A DNA stretch of 64,000 nucleotides, from contig JAILAB010000064.1 in assembly GCA_024681855.1 (NCBI GenBank), positions 3,190-67,189 on the forward strand, in the 5' to 3' direction. The stretch is from Elusimicrobiales bacterium (GTDB lineage: Bacteria > Elusimicrobiota > Elusimicrobia > Elusimicrobiales > UBA9959). A model generated the notes under the pieces. It did not search any database and was not told the DNA's origin. It saw only the letters and a program-made list of their open reading frames with translations. Position 1 is the first letter of the stretch, and every line of letters begins with the position of its first letter. Position numbers and translations under genes: made by a program. Shown piece by piece: positions 48,386 to 56,211 of this stretch.

Positions 48386-49093
48386 TTAAAAATGGCCATA
48401 AAAGGCTATTCGTCCTGCAGTGCCGCATACGATTGATACGAGAAAACTTATGATAGCGCCTGTCATGCTTATGTCTATTACCCTATATGCCTTAATCATA
48501 ATCATCTGAACGCTCCATAAAAAAGCAAAAGGCATCCAAAATATGCCTGGAAGAAAGAAGAACAGCATAAGAACCATTCTTTCAGCTATAAGAAAATACT
48601 GTTCTCCTAAAGAAGGAAAGACAATTTTAGAATCTATTTCCTTATCAAAGTAATAAATAAGAACTGAAGAAGCATGCGAAGCCAGCACAAACAGTGAGAA
48701 AATAATGAACCATTTGGATGCAATAATTTCCTGGCCGGGCAAAACAGATACAGGCGCATAAAACATGAACAGAACAGCATAATGCAGAATCTGGTCCAAG
48801 GCCAGCAGAGCAAGGCCATCCCTCAAACGCAGCTGTCTTATGGCAAAAACCCTTGCTATGTCTATAACATAATGTATTATGGTTATAATGGCGCAAGCAA
48901 CCCAGCCCTTAATTCCGAAAGCCCAGTTTTGGCCAAGAAATGGCCATGTAAGAACAATGAGCGTGAAAAAATGCGTAAGGCAATGAAGAGGCATGCCAAA
49001 CCATTTTTCACGTTTCCATTTAGCCACGAAGCTGAACTGCAGGGTAAAATCCGCAAGCAGATGAGCAAGAACCATTCTCCAAAACAATGTCAT
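48386..49093 (-). CDS. DUF3307-family integral membrane protein
   Basis: N-terminal MVLAHLLADFTLQ is the DUF3307 signature as I recall it. About 7 TM helices. Confidence 0.6.
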   Translation of the reverse strand: MTLFWRMVLAHLLADFTLQFSFVAKWKREKWFGMPLHCLTHFFTLIVLTWPFLGQNWAFGIKGWVACAIITIIHYVIDIARVFAIRQLRLRDGLALLALDQILHYAVLFMFYAPVSVLPGQEIIASKWFIIFSLFVLASHASSVLIYYFDKEIDSKIVFPSLGEQYFLIAERMVLMLFFFLPGIFWMPFAFLWSVQMIMIKAYRVIDISMTGAIISFLVSIVCGTAGRIAFYGHF

Positions 49094-49107
49094 AACTTAT
49101 TATCCCA

Positions 49108-51183
49108 TTATATAATAAAATGGAATGCTGCCCCCTTGCCTGAATCCGCCCATATAAATCCTCCGTGAAGCTCTACAATTTTTTTGCATATGGCAAGCCC
49201 CAGGCCGAAACCTTTGCCGCGGCGGTTTCCAAGCTGACGGTATTTTTCAAATATTTCTTTAAGCTTATTTTCTGGTATGCCGGGACCGCTGTCCTTCACG
49301 GTAAAGAGAAGCCTTATGTCTTTACGCTCAGCCGGCCGTTCCGCAATGTTTCCGCTGATTTCAGCTTCCGCCATGCGCACAAGATCAGCAGAAGCCTCTT
49401 CCGCAATGAATGATACGCTTCCCCCTTCAGGCGTAAATTTAACAGCATTAGAAAGCAGATTATCAGTAACCCTTCTTAAAAGATCCGGGTCTGCTTCAAA
49501 AATATGCCCAGGAGGCATGCGGTTCTCATAGGAAAATGATATGCCATGCTCCGAAAAAACAGGCTCAAAAAGCCTGGCGGCTTCATTAAAGAAATCATCA
49601 AGGCAGATTTTCTGCGGATTGGCGCTAAAGCTGCCTGAATCAAGCCTTGAGAAATCAAGAATATTCTCAATAAGAGCAAAAAGCCTTTTTGATGAATCAT
49701 TAAGGTTAGCCACATATTCCTTTTCTTTCTTTTCCTTAACGGCATACTCAAGCAGTTTCACATAACCTTGCATGGACAGAAGAGGCGCACGCAAGTCATG
49801 AGCCGCAGAGCTGAAAAAATCTTCCTTTATGCGCCGCAGCTCCCTTTCAAGCGTTATGTCATGAAGCGTAATAAAAACGGACTGGGCTTCCGTTTTGGCA
49901 TACACAGGCCTGGCATTTACAGCATAGCATTTTTCCTCATCCTCATAAGAAACATTTATAATTTTTTCTTCTGAAGAAGTTTTTTGAAAAAGCGAAAGTA
50001 TTTTTTTCTGCCGTTCCTCTGGGGGAAGCTCTTTATCTCCGCCATTCAATATTTTCATCGCGGCATCATTTGCATACATTAGAGAGCCGTCTAAACCGCA
50101 AAAGATAATGCCATCGCTTATCAGGCTTATTAACAGCTCCAGCTTATGCTTCTCTTCAAATATTTTTTCAAGATGTATGCCATGATAGCGCTGCAATTCC
50201 TTCATCATCACATTGAAAGAATCTATTAAATCAGATAATTCCTTAAATTCAGAATGCACAGAAATAGGCGTTTTAAAATCTTCAATGGCAATGCGCTTTG
50301 ATGCGCTTACAAGCGCTTCAAGCGGCTGCCCTGCCTTCCTGGCAAAAAACAATGCAGAGAAATACAGCGCTGTCGCTACGGCCAGAGCAAGGAAAGCCAT
50401 TAACCAGCTCATGCGGTTAAGAGAAGCAAAAGCTTCCGCCTCTTCCCTCACAGCTATAAGCCGCAGATTAGTGCCGCGCACAGGTTCCGAAAATACTATA
50501 TACAATCTTGAGCCATTCTCTCCATAAACGCGCATAAGGCCTTCGGCCTCCGTCATGGCTTTTATGGTATCTTTGGAGAATTTTTCCAAAGCCTGCGCAA
50601 ACAATATTGAATTTCCATCATTGTCCGCAAGAAGCAGTCCGCCAGAAGCAAGCTTCTGCTGCTCCAGCTTATCTGCCAAGTCGCGCAGGCTGACAATTGC
50701 AAAAATATATCTATCTGAACCGAAAGGATACACTATGCGGCAGGCTGGGATATTGAACATATTTTCAAAATCCCCGGCGGCAGGCCGGCCTGTGCGGCGA
50801 GCTTCAAGAAATAAACTATCCCCCTCCGGGCTGGCATTGCCAAAAAGCCTGACAAACTCTGGATCTCCTCCGCTTTGCAAAGCATTGCCCTGTCTGTCGG
50901 CCAAAGCAAAAAAAAGAAATTCCGGATTTTTGCCAATAATGGAAAAAAGATCTTCCCTAGAGATATGCCCGGAATCAGGTATTTCCATGCGATCAAAGCG
51001 GCGGGAAAGATCCTGCATTTCGCGTTCCGCCATGAGAGCGGACAGCTGCACGACATTTTTCTGCAAGGTCATTACGCTATTGCGCGCCTGCGCCCTATAA
51101 GACGACAGAAAAAAAGCCGCCAGGCCTATTGGAATCATAACGGCGCAAAAGAGGAGAATAAGCAGCTTATGAAGCAGCCTCAT
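49108..51183 (-). CDS. Membrane sensor histidine kinase (extracytoplasmic sensor, HAMP, PAS, HisKA, HATPase)
   Basis: TM1 at residues ~5-27, a ~240-aa periplasmic domain, TM2, HAMP. H-box FFSSAAHDLRAPL, N-box LLSNAVKFTPEGG, G1 VKDSGPGIP, G2 GKGFGLGLAICKKIVELHGG. There is no response regulator in the window. Confidence 0.88.
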   Translation of the reverse strand: MRLLHKLLILLFCAVMIPIGLAAFFLSSYRAQARNSVMTLQKNVVQLSALMAEREMQDLSRRFDRMEIPDSGHISREDLFSIIGKNPEFLFFALADRQGNALQSGGDPEFVRLFGNASPEGDSLFLEARRTGRPAAGDFENMFNIPACRIVYPFGSDRYIFAIVSLRDLADKLEQQKLASGGLLLADNDGNSILFAQALEKFSKDTIKAMTEAEGLMRVYGENGSRLYIVFSEPVRGTNLRLIAVREEAEAFASLNRMSWLMAFLALAVATALYFSALFFARKAGQPLEALVSASKRIAIEDFKTPISVHSEFKELSDLIDSFNVMMKELQRYHGIHLEKIFEEKHKLELLISLISDGIIFCGLDGSLMYANDAAMKILNGGDKELPPEERQKKILSLFQKTSSEEKIINVSYEDEEKCYAVNARPVYAKTEAQSVFITLHDITLERELRRIKEDFFSSAAHDLRAPLLSMQGYVKLLEYAVKEKKEKEYVANLNDSSKRLFALIENILDFSRLDSGSFSANPQKICLDDFFNEAARLFEPVFSEHGISFSYENRMPPGHIFEADPDLLRRVTDNLLSNAVKFTPEGGSVSFIAEEASADLVRMAEAEISGNIAERPAERKDIRLLFTVKDSGPGIPENKLKEIFEKYRQLGNRRGKGFGLGLAICKKIVELHGGFIWADSGKGAAFHFII

Positions 51184-52508
51184 GACATGTCTCCATTAGC
51201 ATAGCCCTTTCCATTATTTTCATTAGCCATGCAATTAGAAAAGCTGGAATTTTTGCCAGCAATATCTTTTGAGCCCATGCCAAAACTGCCTGAAATAGAG
51301 GTTTCCTCTTTGACTGATTTATTGGCAAACTTGGCAATAAGAAAATTAATAACAGCATTGGCATCACATGCGAAACCTCGCGCAGATATGCCGAAAATAG
51401 ACGCTTCGGAATCCGTATTAACAGCTATTATGCGGCGGGAACGGATTCCGCATATATGCAGCGGGGCACCGGAAATTCCAAATGCGGCATATAAATCCGC
51501 GCGCATTGGCCTGCCTGATGCCCCGGCGACGGAGCCTTCAGGCAGCATAAACATCTCTGCCGCAGGCCTCGTGGCAGCCATGCGGCAGCCTATGCGCCCA
51601 GCCAAGGCCTTAAGCAGCTCAAATCCTTCCGAATTAAGGCCGCGGCCTCCGCCTAAAATAATCTCTTCGGGAGAAAGGCTTTTCAAAATATCATAAATGA
51701 TCTCGGCTGTCTTTTCCGGCGGCAAAGCCTCCGCGATACAGCCTTTCCGCGATGCAGATAAATTTATTTCACTTAAAGGCTTATGAATGGCTAAACAGGA
51801 ATCCATTGTTTCAGAAGAAATGCTTAAATGCCCGTTAAGAAATGAATTAAGGTTAAGGCCGATGTCTTCCGCAGACCACATATAGAAAGGCTTGCTATAT
51901 GCGGCCTTTAAGTCTTTTATTCCCATTAAGCCGCCAAAATTCTTGAAAAAAGGCTCTTCTGCATCAGAACGCTTATCAGCTAACGCGCTGGACGCTGCGC
52001 ATAGAACCGCTGGCAGACTTATCTCCTGTGCATGGCCGCCATCCTTGCTTAAAATAGTGCCGCCGCATATTTCAAAATCTTTCCTCATTACAACAGGAAG
52101 ATTAATTTTTTCAGCTAAAGCCTTTGTAAAATCTGGAGGATATGCGGAAATCAGTATGTCTGCCTTGCCAAGCCTGCCTATGAGCTTAACCATAAGCAGT
52201 AATTCCGCTTGCAATGAAAAATCATTGAGAAAATAATGCGGCATTTGATGGCCGCTGCAATTATTGCCGCTTGCGGAAGCAAAACATTCAGGGCAGAGCA
52301 AATAAATTCCTTCGCTTGCGCAGCTGGCAAGCGCTGACGGGACAATGCCGCCGCCAAAATCACTGCCGAGAGAAACGGCGGAGATCCGGCATGAGCAATG
52401 ACTCTTAAGCTCATGAGCAAAAGACATTGCCTTCCTGGCAGCCAAAGAATCCTCATTACCGGCAGAAAGGCTTAAAGCATAAGACGGAAAAAGAACATGC
52501 GCTTTCAC
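51180..52508 (-). CDS. Electron-transfer-flavoprotein-like fusion (EtfB-like N-half + EtfA FAD-domain-like C-half)
   Basis: GTG start in a GTGA overlap with the ACAD stop. N-half: EISLPAVLCA and GGLMGIKDLKAAYSKPFYMWSAEDIGLN (EtfB arm pattern). C-half: IILGGGRGL...DLYAAFGISGAPLH...IIAVNTDSEASIF (EtfA C-terminal pattern). Confidence 0.6.
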   Translation of the reverse strand: MKAHVLFPSYALSLSAGNEDSLAARKAMSFAHELKSHCSCRISAVSLGSDFGGGIVPSALASCASEGIYLLCPECFASASGNNCSGHQMPHYFLNDFSLQAELLLMVKLIGRLGKADILISAYPPDFTKALAEKINLPVVMRKDFEICGGTILSKDGGHAQEISLPAVLCAASSALADKRSDAEEPFFKNFGGLMGIKDLKAAYSKPFYMWSAEDIGLNLNSFLNGHLSISSETMDSCLAIHKPLSEINLSASRKGCIAEALPPEKTAEIIYDILKSLSPEEIILGGGRGLNSEGFELLKALAGRIGCRMAATRPAAEMFMLPEGSVAGASGRPMRADLYAAFGISGAPLHICGIRSRRIIAVNTDSEASIFGISARGFACDANAVINFLIAKFANKSVKEETSISGSFGMGSKDIAGKNSSFSNCMANENNGKGYANGDMS

Positions 52509-54226
52509 AATCCGCCTCCAGAGACATATTTTCTTATAGATTCAGCGGCAACATCAAAGTCGGAGGAATTGCCTTCACATAGCTTTAATATTTTATTCAT
52601 ATCAGGCAAGCTCAGCTTACCGCAAATTTCCGGGCTAAGCCCTGCAAGCAGAGCGCTGCCTTCAGAGAAAAGTTTCATCAAGGCCTGACGGGCAAAAATA
52701 CGCGCAAGAGCCTGCGTTCCTGAAATATCCAATGGCATGGAGGCTGACAGGCATGAAAGCTGGCAAGCAATGCTATCGCCTTTAGCAGACAGACCGCCCG
52801 CAATGAAAGAGAAATAAGCAGACATTTCCGCCCAAGATATAAGCTCGCCCAGCTTAAGGCTGGCATACTTATTCCTTGTAAGCTTATGCGCGCGGCATGC
52901 GGCAAGAATTTCCGTAAGCAGCTTTAACGAGACAGAGGAAATATCGCAGCCGCTTTCCGCAGATGAGCCGATAAGTTCAGCCTTGGAAAGATAATAATTC
53001 CAGCCGGTTTTAAGCATTTCCTGCCAGCGGCTGCGGCAGGCTGACAGCTTCAGAATTTCGCACGGGCCTTCATAAATCAGCAGTGAGCGGCAGTCCGCAA
53101 GGCGTTTGCCAACTGGGAAATCACGGCTGAGGCCTGCCCCGCCGCATGCCCTGGCTGCCGCAGAACAGGCCTCCAGGCAGGATTCAGCCGCAAAAGATTT
53201 AATTATGGCAGCTTCCGCAGATAACTTAGCATAAGCATCGCCATAAATGCTGCTAGAGCTGAAAGCGGTTTCAGCAGATAAATGGCTAAAAAGGAATAAG
53301 GATTCAAGATAAAAGCGGACGGCTTCCATCCTTGCAAAGAATGGAATTATCAGGCTGTTCATATAAGCCGGATTATCGGCAAGGCTTCCTGCAGAGGCAT
53401 TGCCGCCGTTTCTTGCAAGCCCATAGGCTGCCGCCTCAGCAAGGGCGGTTTCAGCAGCGCCAAGGGCAGCGGCACCTACGCCTATTCTGCTTATGTCAAA
53501 AGCCCGCATGGCCTGAGCAAGGCCATGACCTTCCTCCATGCCTATAAGATTTTTTTCAGGAATTTCCGCATTGTCAATGTAAAGCGAGGCTGTGTCGGAA
53601 AGATTAAGTCCATGCTTGCGCTCATGAATGCCTGATTTTAAGCCGTCAGATGTTTTATTCAGAATAAAAAAAGATGGCCCGCCGGGAGCTGAAGCCAGCA
53701 CAACATAAAAATCCGCTATGCCGGCATTGGTTATCCACTGCTTTGCGCCGCTTATTCTGTAATAGGCAGCATTGCCGTTTTTAATAAAACGGGAGGCCTT
53801 TGCGGCAAGCTGGGCCATGGATGAGCCGCCATGGGATTCAGTTGCGGCAAAAGCGCCTATCAGAGCGCCTTCCCTAATGCGGACGGACATGCGTTTTTTC
53901 TGCTCATGCGTGCCGCTTTCAAAAACAGGAATTGCCGCAAGCATTGATGCCATCGCGCCGGTGGCAATGCCAAGATCTGCCCGGCCAAGCTCCTCGCATG
54001 CGGCGCAAAGGCCTGCAAGGCCAAGCTCCATGCCGCCATATTCGCCAGGAATAAACAGCATTGACAGCCCCAACATGTCAGGGCTTAAAATCTCCCGCAG
54101 AATTGCCTCCGGGCATCTGTCATATTCAGACTGCTGCTTCAAAAAGGAAAAAGGCAGCCTGCGGGCAGAATATTCCCTAATACTGTCTCTTATGAAACTG
54201 ACGGCTGCCTGCTGCGGAAACGGCAT
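52505..54226 (-). CDS. Acyl-CoA dehydrogenase family protein with ~170-aa C-terminal extension
   Basis: PGEYGGMELG, GAFAATESHGGSS, ISGAKQWITNAG and LLIYEGPCEI (catalytic Glu context). 573 aa against ~380 aa for a core ACAD. Confidence 0.8.
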   Translation of the reverse strand: MPFPQQAAVSFIRDSIREYSARRLPFSFLKQQSEYDRCPEAILREILSPDMLGLSMLFIPGEYGGMELGLAGLCAACEELGRADLGIATGAMASMLAAIPVFESGTHEQKKRMSVRIREGALIGAFAATESHGGSSMAQLAAKASRFIKNGNAAYYRISGAKQWITNAGIADFYVVLASAPGGPSFFILNKTSDGLKSGIHERKHGLNLSDTASLYIDNAEIPEKNLIGMEEGHGLAQAMRAFDISRIGVGAAALGAAETALAEAAAYGLARNGGNASAGSLADNPAYMNSLIIPFFARMEAVRFYLESLFLFSHLSAETAFSSSSIYGDAYAKLSAEAAIIKSFAAESCLEACSAAARACGGAGLSRDFPVGKRLADCRSLLIYEGPCEILKLSACRSRWQEMLKTGWNYYLSKAELIGSSAESGCDISSVSLKLLTEILAACRAHKLTRNKYASLKLGELISWAEMSAYFSFIAGGLSAKGDSIACQLSCLSASMPLDISGTQALARIFARQALMKLFSEGSALLAGLSPEICGKLSLPDMNKILKLCEGNSSDFDVAAESIRKYVSGGGL

Positions 54227-54278
54227 CTTATTACTTAATTAGCGCTAGAATAACAATGGCACTTTGCCAAAGGCATTC

Positions 54279-55757
54279 TTACTTAGCCAAAGCCAGATAG
54301 CCGTTTACCTCTGCCTTAAGCTTTTCAGCAAGTTCCTTGTCTTCAAGAGAATCGGCATTTATGTAAACATTCTCAGCAGCGCATTTCACAGCAGCCTGCA
54401 GCTCATATTCCGCGCTCTTGTAATCAGACCTTACTGCTGAAACGATTTTGCTTTCGCAAAGTTTAAGTCCGGCAAGGGCTTCCGAAGCCAGCTTTGCTGT
54501 TTTCAGCGGCACTTCTGCGGCATATTTCAAAGCAGCCTGCATCTTTATTTTTCTTTCAGGATTTTCTTTTGGAAGCTTTCTGGCTTCAGTGAACAAATCA
54601 TAAGAGGCTGAATCATCTGCAACCAGTTTCTGAAGCATGGCCTTATGTTCAATAAGCCTGGAACAAAGCTCAGTAAGCACAGGCCTGTTTGCCTCTACGA
54701 GTTTTTTGCTGCGCAGGCTCACGCCTATGGCCATCTGCCCCAAAGCGCAACCCATTGCTCCGCTTAATGCACCGGCTGAGCCGCCGCCAGGGGTGGGATC
54801 ATCGCTGGCAAGAGCATCCACTACAGAATTTGCGCCTGCCTGCCAGCTGCCAAGCAGTTTTAGCAGCTTGGTCTCCAGCACCTGCTCTTCCTTGTTAAAG
54901 CAGGATACATTCAGGCTTTCAGTAACATAGTCGGTAAGAGCATCCTGCGTTGTAAGGCCTATCAGCTCAGTATCAGTTATATGAATGTTCTTAGGATCTA
55001 TTTCCTTATTTACTTCATCTAAAAGCCTCTTAATGGAAGTGGTATGATAATCTGTTATAACAGTTGAAATCTGAGCCTGATGCTTGGATTCAAGATGTAT
55101 TTCCTTGCCGCGCACGCAAGGCAGTCCTCCGGAAGAAGCTCGTATCTTGCGCGTAAGCGCCTTAGCGAAGTCCATGTCTTCGGTATCAAGGTTTATGTTG
55201 AAATTCACAATCTGATGCCTGGCGCCTACGGCAATTGCTCCAGCAGTAGGATGAATATGATTCGGCCCGAAATCAGGAATATGGGCTTCGTCCTTGCCGA
55301 TAATTTCGCGCAGGCCCTCGAATTGGCCCTTGCGCACTTTTGCCAAATTGCGGCGTTCCTCGCGCTTGGCCGCGCAATCATACAGATAAACCGGGATATT
55401 CAGTTCGCGGCCTATTCTCTCGCCAGTTATTTCGGCAAGCTTTATGCATTCTTCCACCGTAGTATCCATTATCGGAATGAATGGCGCAACATCGGTTGCG
55501 CCCATGCGCGGATGTTCTCCCTTGTGGAAGTTCAAATCTATCAGTTCCGCAGCCTTTTTGGTAACGGCAAACATTGCTTCGGAAGCTGTTTCAACAGGGG
55601 CAATGAATGTCAGAACAGTGCGATTGTGATCGGCATCTTTCTCAACGTCCATTATAAGCACGCCAGGCACGCCTCGCGCGGCATCCACAATCTTATTTAT
55701 CTTAGCTAGGTCACGGCCTTCGCTGAAATTAGGCACACATTCAACAAATTTTCCCAT
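54279..55757 (-). CDS. ftcD: Bifunctional glutamate formimidoyltransferase / formimidoyl-THF cyclodeaminase
   Basis: MGKFVECVPNFSEGRD N-terminus and HPRMGATDV (transferase). The C-terminal ~190 aa is helical with PTPGGGSAGALSGAMG (cyclodeaminase). Confidence 0.85.
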   Translation of the reverse strand: MGKFVECVPNFSEGRDLAKINKIVDAARGVPGVLIMDVEKDADHNRTVLTFIAPVETASEAMFAVTKKAAELIDLNFHKGEHPRMGATDVAPFIPIMDTTVEECIKLAEITGERIGRELNIPVYLYDCAAKREERRNLAKVRKGQFEGLREIIGKDEAHIPDFGPNHIHPTAGAIAVGARHQIVNFNINLDTEDMDFAKALTRKIRASSGGLPCVRGKEIHLESKHQAQISTVITDYHTTSIKRLLDEVNKEIDPKNIHITDTELIGLTTQDALTDYVTESLNVSCFNKEEQVLETKLLKLLGSWQAGANSVVDALASDDPTPGGGSAGALSGAMGCALGQMAIGVSLRSKKLVEANRPVLTELCSRLIEHKAMLQKLVADDSASYDLFTEARKLPKENPERKIKMQAALKYAAEVPLKTAKLASEALAGLKLCESKIVSAVRSDYKSAEYELQAAVKCAAENVYINADSLEDKELAEKLKAEVNGYLALAK

Positions 55758-55819
55758 GTCATATCTCCTGTAAAATAAGCCCGCAAGGCATAAATACCTT
55801 TAGGGGCTTTAATAATTTA

Positions 55820-55828
55820 ATTATAACA
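55820..55828 (-). promoter_or_regulatory. Candidate extended -10 promoter element (TGTTATAAT) for ftcD
   Basis: The minus strand reads TGTTATAAT about 62 nt upstream of the ftcD ATG. The -35 is weak. A hairpin at 55777-55809 would sit at the 5' end of the transcript. Confidence 0.3.
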
Positions 55829-56211
55829 AAAGATAAAAACAAAAACAGATATATGCTCCAAAAATCTCTGCGGATATGCTCTTGCTCTAAATATAAACAC
55901 TGCATTCTAAATAAATAACATCAGCATTTCCTTGCTGCGCATTAAGTTAAATTTCTCAAAATTATTTTCATAAGGCTCTGTTAAATGAAAGCATTGATAG
56001 GACATGCTTTATAAATGCAATACAATGGGTTTCTCAGTGCTGAACTTGTGTCACAATCTCATTAAACCGTAAAGATTCCTTAAATAAATTCAGCATCTCT
56101 ACGGCTTAAAGAGGCCATAAAACAAGTTCAGTCCGACGCAGTAATATTTCGTCCTTTATAATTACATTGTATCAATACTTTTCTTTAAAAGAGCCTAAAT
56201 TGAACAAGCAG

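Noticed and set aside
55758-56211. THF or other known riboswitch upstream of ftcD
   Set aside because: I could not match the spacer to the THF-riboswitch sequence I remember, nor to any other class I can recognise by eye. It is kept only as an unclassified structured region pending an Infernal scan.
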